Positions 26,572 through 35,476 of a stretch of 64,000 nt of DNA are shown here, piece by piece (positions within the stretch are counted from its first letter, which is position 1; each line of letters begins with the position of its first letter). The DNA comes from Patescibacteria group bacterium. Its GTDB lineage: Bacteria > Patescibacteriota > Minisyncoccia > Phycocordibacterales > DATDWN01. The translations under genes were made by a program, and so were the position numbers. Under the pieces are notes generated by a model. It had not been told where the DNA came from and made no database searches. It saw nothing but the letters and a program-made list of their open reading frames with translations. The stretch is from the NCBI GenBank assembly GCA_040384485.1, contig JAZKJH010000002.1, forward strand, positions 150,235 through 214,234, in the 5' to 3' direction.

Positions 26572-28449
26572 TTATCGACCGATGGTGATTTCCACCCGTC
26601 GATTCCGTGCTCGTTCCGAAGCCAAGTTCTGATTGGCTTCCGGACTGAGAGGCCGGTCGGGACCCATGCCTGACGCGTTCAAGCGTCGGGTATCAATGGC
26701 CCCTCGGGCAATCGCGAGAATCTCCCTTTTCACGCTTTCGGCGCGACGGAAAGACAAACTGCGATTCAAGTCAGCAGACCCCGTGTTGTCCGTATGACCG
26801 ACGATGTCGGCCTTCAGGTTACCGGTTGCAAGCTGACGGTAAATCATTTCGATGGTTGAGAACGAACTGGGGAGTACCCGGTCCGAGCCAACTTCGAAAT
26901 TGATTGCGTAGCTGGTGTTACCAACAACTTCCGATACTGCACCTTCAGAAACGGCTGCAACATCGGCTTTGCCAGCATTCACACCAAGTACTTCGTTCGC
27001 CTTGGCAAGAGCACCCAACTCGAGGATTTCATCCACGGGCTGAAGCTTCTTGATAACAGTCGGCGCAAGATCATGGATCATGGCGCCATACTGTTCATAG
27101 ACGGCAGCGTAAATGTTTGCGCCACCATCCAGACCGTAGTACTGCATCGCATCAGCGTTGTTCCAGACTCGGCTTCCACCGAACTGAACGTCGTATCCCG
27201 CCTTGTTACGATGCCGAACACTCTTGTAAACCTGGACCCATCCGGGCTTTTCAGAAGTACCCTGGGCTGCGAGACCACCCTGGCCCTTGTAAACCAATAC
27301 AGCCATCTCAGCTGCACGCGTAAGCGCAGCGTCTGACGACTTGATCATGTCACTGGCTTCCGAGGTGCCTGCGAAAATCGCCGAAAGTGAATCAACGTTC
27401 TGCTTGCTCCAACCACGAATGGTCAGAACAGTTGACGCCATCTGGTTCAGGTTCTCTCGAGTTGAGATAGCTGAGACCAGTGTATCGCGACTTCCCTTTG
27501 CCATATTGAAATCGGCGGGGCTCCACGATGCAAATGCTTCAACGCAGACGTTCTTCTTTTCGCCGGTGGGTTTTCCGTTGCGGATTACCACTCGTTCTTC
27601 GCAATAAGCGGTGTTGTACTTCTCGACTGCGTCGAGGAAGTCACTGGAATTGAGAAAGTTCACAGCATCAGGATCCCAGGTTTTTTCATCCGGGTTGACC
27701 TTGAGGCCATTCACTTGCGCCCAAAACAGTGCCAGAAGATGGTCACCGTCCCAGAAGTAGTTGGCGATGAGCCCGCCGTTCTCGGTGTTTTTACCGAGAG
27801 CCATTTCGGGCTGGTCCTTCCACTTCACAGGAACGAAAACCTGATCTTCACCGTAGGAAGAACCCACAGCTCCTGCAACAACAACTTCGCAATCCCGTTC
27901 GGGAAGCTTGTTGTCCTTGCAAATCTGACGCATGACTTCGTTCCACTGAGCAATGTAGGCCGGGCCTCCATCACCCATCACGATGACAGCCTGAACTCCA
28001 GCTTCGGGATTTCCCCCTCCACCATTTTCCGCCCATGCTTTCGCAAAGGCAGTGAGTTCATTCTTCATCTGGTTGGTGTCATCTTCGTTGATGAGCTTCA
28101 GATAGGCTCCCCGCTTACCGATGGTTGAATCCGTCAAAGTGACGGGACCGCCATTGGCAAGAAAAAGACCGAACTGTGCGCTCCACTTCATAACATGAAG
28201 TCGAATCTCCTTATTGGCGTTCCGCGTTGCGGGACGACCAGTGGGAAGAACAACCTTCACGTTTGTTGCGACATTGGTACCGACTTCACTGGAGCCAAGC
28301 TCCACTGCCTTCGGCACAGCTGCCTCCCGAATCTTGCGATACGGAAGAAGACTGTCCTGGAAATACCAGCCAAGAGCAACGAGGATGAGAACAAAAGCGA
28401 CTTTGGGAACAATTCCCAGTTTCTGCAGAAAACTCATAACACGCTCCAC
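26572..28449 (-). CDS. membrane-anchored substrate-binding-like protein with C-terminal OmpA-C peptidoglycan-binding domain
   Basis: N-terminal TM; C-terminal INFEVGS...VGHTDNTGS...NRSLSFRRAESVK...NRRVEI; middle region inferred as SBP from context. Confidence 0.85.
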   Translation of the reverse strand: MERVMSFLQKLGIVPKVAFVLILVALGWYFQDSLLPYRKIREAAVPKAVELGSSEVGTNVATNVKVVLPTGRPATRNANKEIRLHVMKWSAQFGLFLANGGPVTLTDSTIGKRGAYLKLINEDDTNQMKNELTAFAKAWAENGGGGNPEAGVQAVIVMGDGGPAYIAQWNEVMRQICKDNKLPERDCEVVVAGAVGSSYGEDQVFVPVKWKDQPEMALGKNTENGGLIANYFWDGDHLLALFWAQVNGLKVNPDEKTWDPDAVNFLNSSDFLDAVEKYNTAYCEERVVIRNGKPTGEKKNVCVEAFASWSPADFNMAKGSRDTLVSAISTRENLNQMASTVLTIRGWSKQNVDSLSAIFAGTSEASDMIKSSDAALTRAAEMAVLVYKGQGGLAAQGTSEKPGWVQVYKSVRHRNKAGYDVQFGGSRVWNNADAMQYYGLDGGANIYAAVYEQYGAMIHDLAPTVIKKLQPVDEILELGALAKANEVLGVNAGKADVAAVSEGAVSEVVGNTSYAINFEVGSDRVLPSSFSTIEMIYRQLATGNLKADIVGHTDNTGSADLNRSLSFRRAESVKREILAIARGAIDTRRLNASGMGPDRPLSPEANQNLASERARNRRVEITIGR

Positions 28450-28541
28450 TGTTAAACTGTTTACGAAATTAGGTTTGTATCACCACCAGTTCACTTTGAA
28501 CTAGTGGTGATACGTTAGAGAAAAAATTCTTCTTCCTCTTC

Positions 28542-29651
28542 TTAACGAGGGGGGAGAAGACTGCCAAAACGATCTGTCGGTTCAGAAGTCTGGCTGACCT
28601 TTCGGGCAACCGGAACTTCTTCCCCAACTCTCGATCTGGCTTCGATGAGAAGTACTGGATCGCGATTCTCCGCCAACTGTCGCTGACCTTCAGCAAACGT
28701 TGACATGGAATCAACACGGCCTGTCAGTTCACGAATCAAATCTTCTTCGCCAATGGCGTCGTCAATCTGACCCGCAACCAGTTGCCCCCTAACCGTGTTC
28801 ATAACGCCTTCAGCTTCGGCAATCCACTGATCGGTCTGCTGCATCATGCTCTGTGCAGTCATCTCGAACAGCTTGGTCTTTTCGTCCTTACCAAGGATTC
28901 CCTTCAGATCATCGGCACCTTGTGCCAAGTCCTCAGCTGATTCGTAATCCTGGACCATCATCTCAACATTGAATCGAGTAACCTCGATAATTGAAGTGAT
29001 GACCCCCTGCAACTGCGTCAGAAGAGCAACATAGCCCTTCTGAACCAGCAACCGTTTTTCGAGCTTGGCAACTGCGCCTGTCAGAGAACGAATCTTCTGA
29101 CTGAGAACTCGAAATTCGGTCTGCAGTTTACTGTCCGTCCACTTACGGCCCCCATCGGAGCTTCCGTGTTCGACGCAATATTCTGCACGCCGCTTTGCTT
29201 CTGCGAGACTCGTCTGGGTCTCTTCCAACCTACGTTGTGCCGATTTTTCACGGCCAACCGCACGATCAAGAACTTCCTGGTTTTTTGCACCCTTCGGTTC
29301 GAGATAGTGAGTAACGTATGACCTGGAGCGAGTGACGGGGTCAACCTGTGCGATTTTCAAAGCAAAGGCATCAACCCATCCCATGAACAAGTACCACGCT
29401 GCTGCCTGAACCTTGGGGTTCATGACAAAAGCGCCGATTGTTCCGATGATGGCGAGCATGCCGCCCAGAACTAGCAGTTTGTATCCTGCTTCGATTCCGA
29501 GCGTTGCAAAGTTGATAATGTAAGGCAGAACGAACGTTCCAATCCCCACGATACCAGCTGCATAAGCCCCGCCAACAATCCAACGCCAAACCTTCTCTTT
29601 TCCAAGAAGGAATTTCGGCTTTGATCCAACCAACTCAGGCAAATTCGACAT
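28542..29651 (-). CDS. two-TM protein with PspA/IM30-like coiled-coil domain
   Basis: N-terminal TMs then VDPVTRSRSYV...RRLEETQTSLAEAKRRAEYCVEHG, echoing PspA helices. Confidence 0.6.
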   Translation of the reverse strand: MSNLPELVGSKPKFLLGKEKVWRWIVGGAYAAGIVGIGTFVLPYIINFATLGIEAGYKLLVLGGMLAIIGTIGAFVMNPKVQAAAWYLFMGWVDAFALKIAQVDPVTRSRSYVTHYLEPKGAKNQEVLDRAVGREKSAQRRLEETQTSLAEAKRRAEYCVEHGSSDGGRKWTDSKLQTEFRVLSQKIRSLTGAVAKLEKRLLVQKGYVALLTQLQGVITSIIEVTRFNVEMMVQDYESAEDLAQGADDLKGILGKDEKTKLFEMTAQSMMQQTDQWIAEAEGVMNTVRGQLVAGQIDDAIGEEDLIRELTGRVDSMSTFAEGQRQLAENRDPVLLIEARSRVGEEVPVARKVSQTSEPTDRFGSLLPPR

Positions 29652-30383
29652 CTACTGCTCCTTTGATGAAACAAAACTCAACAAACGCTTGTACTCTTCC
29701 GTACGAGCGGACACGGTAGCGCTAAAGCGACTACGGGGTCCATCGTATTTTGCTGTCACAGTTGAAAGCTCAACTTGGAGCTGTGCAACCTGTGATTGAA
29801 GTTGAGTGCGTTCGGCCACAAGACGGGCCATATCCGCATCAACTTCCTTGGTGCGATTTTCCAAGTCGGAAATAGTCGCACTTTTGTCTCGAGTTTCCTC
29901 ACTCTCACGTTTCCTCGCTTCATCCATATAGGACGCCTCGAAGGTTGAGAGTAAACGCATACGCTCACCAACACTCTTTGCGATTTGTTGTGCATTGAGT
30001 CTTGGATTTGAGGCTGACACTGCTGCCAGCGCCGCACGTGTGCACTGAACTCGATCGGTTATTACGCCAGACAAGGCATTGAACTGTGCCATGAACTCTT
30101 TGAGACCAGGTTCTTTCGATTCCTGATCCAAAGCGTTACTGATCACAGCGTCAAACTCCTTATCCACTGTTGGTTGCGAAGCCGAGCCAATGCTCGAAAT
30201 CACACCGGTCGTCCGCTGAAAAATTGACGCGGACGGACCCAAAGGAACTCCTGCCATTACGGCTGGAACTCTCTGAACAGGGCGTGATGAAACAGAAGTA
30301 TTTTGTCCTCGCGGTACGTCTGCTTCATCCGGTTCCGGAGTTTCTTCTCCATCACCTTTCCAGAACAATCCTTTCAAACCCAT
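29652..30383 (-). CDS. hypothetical coiled-coil protein, first gene of the ABC/OmpA operon
   Basis: SD gagga; amphipathic MGLKGLFW start, disordered linker, long C-terminal heptad run; abuts the next gene. Confidence 0.8.
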   Translation of the reverse strand: MGLKGLFWKGDGEETPEPDEADVPRGQNTSVSSRPVQRVPAVMAGVPLGPSASIFQRTTGVISSIGSASQPTVDKEFDAVISNALDQESKEPGLKEFMAQFNALSGVITDRVQCTRAALAAVSASNPRLNAQQIAKSVGERMRLLSTFEASYMDEARKRESEETRDKSATISDLENRTKEVDADMARLVAERTQLQSQVAQLQVELSTVTAKYDGPRSRFSATVSARTEEYKRLLSFVSSKEQ

Positions 30384-30472
30384 CTTTATCCTCTTTTCTC
30401 CTAAAACAAAAACATTGACAACGAACTTACACAAAAAAAGAGACTTTTGTCTCCAAAATGTACCTAATTAAA

Positions 30473-30501
30473 ATAATAGCAGTTATATGTACAACTGTCA
30501 A
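30473..30501 (-). promoter_or_regulatory. sigma70 promoter of the five-gene operon
   Basis: TTGACA-17-TATTAT with TG extended -10. Confidence 0.7.
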
Positions 30502-30590
30502 GGCTTACCAAGTTGCCAAAAACGTGTTATTTATGGCCGTAGTTTGACACAATCAATATATGTATTATCATTCATGATAGAGGGCAACAA

Positions 30591-30905
30591 ATGAGTAAAT
30601 TGACAGATGAAGTCGAACGAGCTGCGGAGTACGTCGAGACTAAGATCGAGAACCTGGCTGAAGCGATTCAGTCAATTGTAGCCAAGGGAATGTCCTACGA
30701 CCTGGAAATTCGCAAAAACGGAGTGAAGGTCCACAACATGCCTACGACAGTGGCTGGCATCCTTGCTGGACTCAGCTTCCTCCCGCCATTCCGACTAGCG
30801 GGTCTTGCTGGCCTTGCAGGCGCAACTCTTCAAGGGTATACCTTCCATCTTCGGCAGGTTACTCCACCCAAAGGAACCGGCGCTTCCTGGCTGAAGGAAA
30901 CCTAG
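30591..30905 (+). CDS. DUF4342-like small protein
   Basis: helix-beta-beta-hydrophobic hairpin pattern (IQSIVAKG...EIRKNG...MPTTVAGILAG); TTGACA at 30544. Confidence 0.55.
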   Translation: MSKLTDEVERAAEYVETKIENLAEAIQSIVAKGMSYDLEIRKNGVKVHNMPTTVAGILAGLSFLPPFRLAGLAGLAGATLQGYTFHLRQVTPPKGTGASWLKET

Positions 30906-30978
30906 TACAAAATCAGACCCGTAACATTGTTTTTATGAAAAAGTCCGTCGCATGACGGACTTTTTTTATTTAAATACT

Positions 30979-31557
30979 CTAGTAGACCTTTCTTCCCCAA
31001 CTCACAAACTTGTTTTGCCATTTAACTATAGACTCAGGAGATATTTTTTTCATCGGTCCAACTTTTTTCATCTTGGTGTGAATGCCAGAAAACCAGAGAA
31101 TACCGTCTTGGATTTCGTTAGTATTGTCCCCAAACAACATCCTGGCTACAAGTGGCGGAGAATCAGAAGTCACAAACACCGTTGCTGTTCTTCCCTTCAA
31201 AAGTCTTTTCCACCCCATTCCATTTTTATTAAAATTGTATGCAAAGCCAGGTAACCACATCCGGTCAAACATTCCTTTGAGTAGTGCTGGCATAGTTGAC
31301 CACCATGACGGATATACAATAACCAAATGTTCACACCATTTTATGTCCTCTTGGAGTTGTTTTAAGTCCGGCTCAAGCTGTTGAATAACTTTGTAGCCCT
31401 TATGGAGTATCGGATCAAATTTCAAATCGCCCAAGTTAACTCTTTTTACCTCATGCCCAGCCGATACAGCACCTTCTGCATATTTATCACAAAAAGATCT
31501 TCCTAAACTTTCACTATCGGGGTGTCCCAGCAATACTAAGACTTTTTTATTGACCAT
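30979..31557 (-). CDS. NAD(P)H-dependent oxidoreductase (flavodoxin-2 family)
   Basis: LGHPDSES, QLEPDL, YPSWWSTMPALLKGMFDR. Confidence 0.9.
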   Translation of the reverse strand: MVNKKVLVLLGHPDSESLGRSFCDKYAEGAVSAGHEVKRVNLGDLKFDPILHKGYKVIQQLEPDLKQLQEDIKWCEHLVIVYPSWWSTMPALLKGMFDRMWLPGFAYNFNKNGMGWKRLLKGRTATVFVTSDSPPLVARMLFGDNTNEIQDGILWFSGIHTKMKKVGPMKKISPESIVKWQNKFVSWGRKVY

Positions 31558-31780
31558 CTTTAATTTTTTTTAGTTCCAACTCGTGGCGTTTTACTACTTC
31601 CATCGTTGCTGCCATCTGGTCTTTTCCTTTTTTCATTTCTTCTTGAACTTCTAAACCAATTTTTTGAAAGAAATCTGGATTTTTTTCAATCATTTCAAAA
31701 AGTTTGTCCTGCTCAGCTTGCGGAACTCCTTTTAGTTTTGAGGCGAGCATTTTCCTCATTAAAAATGTTTTCATTGACAT
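31547..31780 (-). CDS. small conserved hypothetical helical protein
   Basis: ORF overlaps the oxidoreductase start; core-like composition. Confidence 0.7.
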   Translation of the reverse strand: MSMKTFLMRKMLASKLKGVPQAEQDKLFEMIEKNPDFFQKIGLEVQEEMKKGKDQMAATMEVVKRHELELKKIKDGQ

Positions 31781-31828
31781 ATATAAGTATTTTACCAATT
31801 ATACCGCTCCAGGTCTACTTACTTCTAG

Positions 31829-32689
31829 ATGCAAAAATATGTTAAAATTGTTTCAATGAATGTCCGAAAGTTTTTAAAAAGTAAAAAAAGTTTTTGGAAA
31901 AAATCTAGCACCAAAACTCTTGTCCTAGTCAGTCTACCTATTGCCCTTCTTTTTTCAGTTATTTTTTATTACGGTTTCTCAGTTGGAGTACTCCTTGACT
32001 GGTCTTTCTATCAAAGCCTTGCAAATCCTAGTATAAAAACAGTAAATATACGTGAGGGTCTCCGAAAAGAAGAAGTTGCCGAGGTTCTTACAAGAAGTCT
32101 TGGTTGGTCAGAAACAGAAAAACAAAAGTTTCTTACTGCTCACCTCGCTTACAATGATGAATCGTACGAAGGAAAGTATTTTCCAAAAACATATCTCATT
32201 CACAAGGATGCACCACCAGAGGATGTGAGTAAAACTCTTACTAACGAGTATGACAAAAAGGTTAGTAAAATTAAAAAAGCTGAAAGAAGTAAGATAATCA
32301 ACGAAGATACTGCTCTTATTGTCGCATCTCTTATCCAAAGGGAGGCTGGAGGAAAAAGTGACATGCGACTTATCTCAGGGATTATTTGGAACAGAGTCTT
32401 TGCTGGAATGAAACTCCAGATAGATGCCACTTTGCAATACGCCAAGGGTGAAGAAGAGCTTTGGTGGCCACAGGTAGACCCACGAGACAAATACATCGAA
32501 TCTCCTTTCAATACTTACAAATACAACATTCCACCGTCCCCTATCGCTAGTCCTGGGTTAGCAGCCATTGAAGCAGCTTACAACCCTCAGAAAACCTCAT
32601 GCATGTTCTATCTGCACGATAAATACAGGAAAATCCATTGCTCAAAAACATACGAGGAGCATAAAAGAAAAATAGAGAAACATTTATAA
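31829..32689 (+). CDS. mltG: second MltG-family transglycosylase
   Basis: IREGLRKEE, EGKYFPKTY, ASLIQREA, LQIDAT, SPFNTY, PPSPIASPG. Confidence 0.85.
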   Translation: MQKYVKIVSMNVRKFLKSKKSFWKKSSTKTLVLVSLPIALLFSVIFYYGFSVGVLLDWSFYQSLANPSIKTVNIREGLRKEEVAEVLTRSLGWSETEKQKFLTAHLAYNDESYEGKYFPKTYLIHKDAPPEDVSKTLTNEYDKKVSKIKKAERSKIINEDTALIVASLIQREAGGKSDMRLISGIIWNRVFAGMKLQIDATLQYAKGEEELWWPQVDPRDKYIESPFNTYKYNIPPSPIASPGLAAIEAAYNPQKTSCMFYLHDKYRKIHCSKTYEEHKRKIEKHL

Positions 32690-32780
32690 CCGACAAGAGC
32701 GAGCGAAATGAAAATGTACTCATTTTTATTTCCGAGCCGAGAAAAGTCAAATAAGATTAAAACTTCTATAAACCAAAACT

Positions 32781-33140
32781 ATGTCCGAGAAAATAACAAC
32801 AGCAGACACACTTTTAGAAACTGAGGCGGGTAGATTTCTTTTGGAGCTTGAGGCTGGACACCACAATATACAACTCCTTGTAGAAGCATCTGATGTGCCC
32901 GAGGAGATAAAGGTCATATATAAAAACATCGTCGAAGAACTGATCAATGACTTACATAATTGTCCTAACCTAGACAGAGAAACAACTTTTGCTTTTTCTA
33001 GGGGCGCAGTAGCTCACCTACTGGACACAGTAGACAGAAAAGATAAGGAGCAGCATCACCTATTTGAAACTGTCCGAAATGCCATCTACCGAGCTGAAAA
33101 CTCCGCAGTAGGTTTTCGTTCTGACTACCTCCAAGCATAA
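32781..33140 (+). CDS. hypothetical protein
   Basis: 119-aa ORF followed by a bidirectional terminator near 33166-33192. Confidence 0.65.
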   Translation: MSEKITTADTLLETEAGRFLLELEAGHHNIQLLVEASDVPEEIKVIYKNIVEELINDLHNCPNLDRETTFAFSRGAVAHLLDTVDRKDKEQHHLFETVRNAIYRAENSAVGFRSDYLQA

Positions 33141-33198
33141 TCAAAAACATAATCCAAGTTTCAAAAAACCGACACAAATTACGTGTCGGTTTCGTTAT

Positions 33199-33366
33199 CT
33201 ACCGGACTATTCCGGCAGTCATGGACGATTTGCTACTCGCAAGTATCGTCTGAATGGTCTCAAAGAACGCTAGGAGGGTGTTCTCGAAACCAGAAAAAAT
33301 TCTTGGTACTAGGAACTTTAGCATGATAATAGCCAGTGCCCAGCCCACAACTCTTAAGATTTTCAT
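33199..33366 (-). CDS. small membrane protein with long structured leader
   Basis: MKILRVVGWALAIIMLKFLVPRIF...; -10 TATAAT near 33522. Confidence 0.6.
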   Translation of the reverse strand: MKILRVVGWALAIIMLKFLVPRIFSGFENTLLAFFETIQTILASSKSSMTAGIVR

Positions 33367-33567
33367 ATCTTTATTGGTTGAGGAAGGATGAAGTATTGCT
33401 CGGACAAGAGACAACACTCTGGCTAAAACCAGACTACCCCCCTCCTCTTTTGTCACTTTGTTAAGTGAAAAAAGAACAAGAGAGGTTCCAATCTGTCTTT
33501 TATGTAAATGTACCTACTTATATTATACAACTACCTAAAAATAATGCAAGTACCTCTAATTTCTGTG

Positions 33568-34152
33568 CTACAGAGCATTGGCGATCAGTCCAATTAACAA
33601 AATTCCGATAAAGTTGAATACAAAAGAGATTGGTATGAACCACTTCGTTTTCACGTGCAGAAAACCAAAAATACTAACCGCTATTTCGTCTGGAAAAGGT
33701 GATGCCAAAATAAAACCACCAAGCAAAAAAGTGAGCCATCTAAATATTTTTAACTTAAAAAGCATTTTTATTCTTTTTCCAGGCTTCTGATGTTTCAAAA
33801 CTTCCTCTAGGTGGTTTGACAGTCGGTCGCGTATAAAACGAAAAATAATAAGGTCTCCTACTACTGAGCCCGCGGCTCCTACCACTGCCGTAAGTATCAC
33901 TGACTGCTGTTGTGCAATTTCACCCAAGGTAACTATGGCTGGTGCTGTGGTAAAAACTGAAGTAAAAAACATTCCAGCAAAAAAACTTCCGAACAATTGC
34001 ATGTCCTTTGTAAATGTAAGTACTTGCGCAATAACTCCACTTTTCACAAGAACAATAGAGACCACTACACTTAAGCCTATAAGCAAAATATCGTGAATAA
34101 AAAAATTATTGCTTTTTCTAGAGTGAATATGGTGTCTTTCGTGCAAAATCAT
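33568..34152 (-). CDS. multi-TM membrane protein
   Basis: Five hydrophobic segments; GAAGSVVGD, ASPFPDE. Confidence 0.8.
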   Translation of the reverse strand: MILHERHHIHSRKSNNFFIHDILLIGLSVVVSIVLVKSGVIAQVLTFTKDMQLFGSFFAGMFFTSVFTTAPAIVTLGEIAQQQSVILTAVVGAAGSVVGDLIIFRFIRDRLSNHLEEVLKHQKPGKRIKMLFKLKIFRWLTFLLGGFILASPFPDEIAVSIFGFLHVKTKWFIPISFVFNFIGILLIGLIANAL

Positions 34153-34227
34153 TTAATAATTATATATGATGCTAGGGTATAAAAAAAGTCGGACAAGTAT
34201 CTTCACTTGTCCGACAACCTAACAGTT

Positions 34228-34620
34228 TTATCCATTTGGATGATTTGCAGAGAGTAGCACTATTTTTCTCGTACCACTCAAAGATTGGATTGACTTGTGA
34301 GCACCAGCAGAGTCCACAGATAGAGTTCCGGACCCATCATTAAAACTGAATACCAGCCAATTTACTTCCCTCCAAGAGGAGCACTTTCTTTTCTTTAGTC
34401 CTGCTTCGCCCTGAAGAAAAGGCGGACCCTCTCTTTCTAACATGTTGGCAGAGAGAGTTATGTGAACAAATGGCTCGTTAGACCGAAGAGTCGGCACGGA
34501 CATCACTTCCACCTTGGACACCTTACCGAGCCACTCAGTGCCGGTCATAAAGTAATACACTCGAAGTGTACCTCCAACGAACGCTGCTAGTACATCTTTT
34601 TTGATGTCAGTTACCTTCAT
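34228..34620 (-). CDS. hypothetical protein
   Basis: SD ggagg/gaagg, own promoter, terminator gtcggacaagt/acttgtccgac. Confidence 0.65.
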   Translation of the reverse strand: MKVTDIKKDVLAAFVGGTLRVYYFMTGTEWLGKVSKVEVMSVPTLRSNEPFVHITLSANMLEREGPPFLQGEAGLKKRKCSSWREVNWLVFSFNDGSGTLSVDSAGAHKSIQSLSGTRKIVLLSANHPNG

Positions 34621-34730
34621 CCTTCACCCTCCGCCGTAATAATAAAGCTCTGAGTAAGATACTCTCATATATTTACAATAAGTCAAAAACCCCTTACGGG
34701 GCTTTTGACTTAAAACTCTAATGGAGAAAA

Positions 34731-35405
34731 CTATTCTAGAGTTACAACTACTGTAGCTTTCGCTCTTAGCTGTGCAACAAACGCCGCTATAAGAGCTTGT
34801 TGTTTGTTCACTGTAAGCTGTTGAACTATTTGCTCTCTAACATCTGCTAATGCAGGTGCACCTTCAGTTTTTCCACCATTTTCATCATAGAAGGTTTTTA
34901 TTTCTGCATCAGTTACTGTTATAGCACTTGTATTGATGTTCTGTGCTAGGTATTTCTGAATAGTAATTTGTCGAGCAATGTTGGTTCTAAACTGATCTTC
35001 TGTAATTTTTGCTTTTACCAACTCTGCTGCCAAAGCTTCTTTTCCACCAGCTTGTGTTTCAACAGTTGTAAATTGAGCATTTACCTCTTCGGTAGAAGCA
35101 GTGATACCTGCCTTTGCAATTTCTTGCATCACAAGTTCGTTGCTAATAAGGTCATTCAATACTTGATCCTTGATCAATTTTGCGTTCTCCGCAGTTGTCA
35201 CATCCACTCCTTGTTGTTTGAAAGACTCAGTTGCAGCAGTTAGTTGTGTGTCGAAAGTATCTTTACTTATTTCAACACCATTTACTGTCGCTACACTCGC
35301 GCCAGCTCCTTTAAAAACAGAATTATCCATACCAAATATTCCGTATGCAACTGCACCCAACACTACCAGCACCACTATGATTGAAACTATTTTGTCTTTA
35401 TTCAT
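34731..35405 (-). CDS. SurA N-terminal domain (PrsA-like) chaperone
   Basis: TM then VATVNGVEIS, LNDLISNEL, QLRAKATV. Confidence 0.85.
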   Translation of the reverse strand: MNKDKIVSIIVVLVVLGAVAYGIFGMDNSVFKGAGASVATVNGVEISKDTFDTQLTAATESFKQQGVDVTTAENAKLIKDQVLNDLISNELVMQEIAKAGITASTEEVNAQFTTVETQAGGKEALAAELVKAKITEDQFRTNIARQITIQKYLAQNINTSAITVTDAEIKTFYDENGGKTEGAPALADVREQIVQQLTVNKQQALIAAFVAQLRAKATVVVTLE

Positions 35406-35476
35406 TTTGATTTTGCTTAACTATAAATTAATTTGATTCCAATATTATATCACAAGACTTTTCCTTCGCTACTAAG

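Noticed and set aside
32690-32760. Short imperfect palindrome after the second mltG (gagcgaaatgaaaatg...catttttatttccgagc)
   Set aside because: Single copy in the window; cannot be distinguished from a weak terminator or REP-like remnant.
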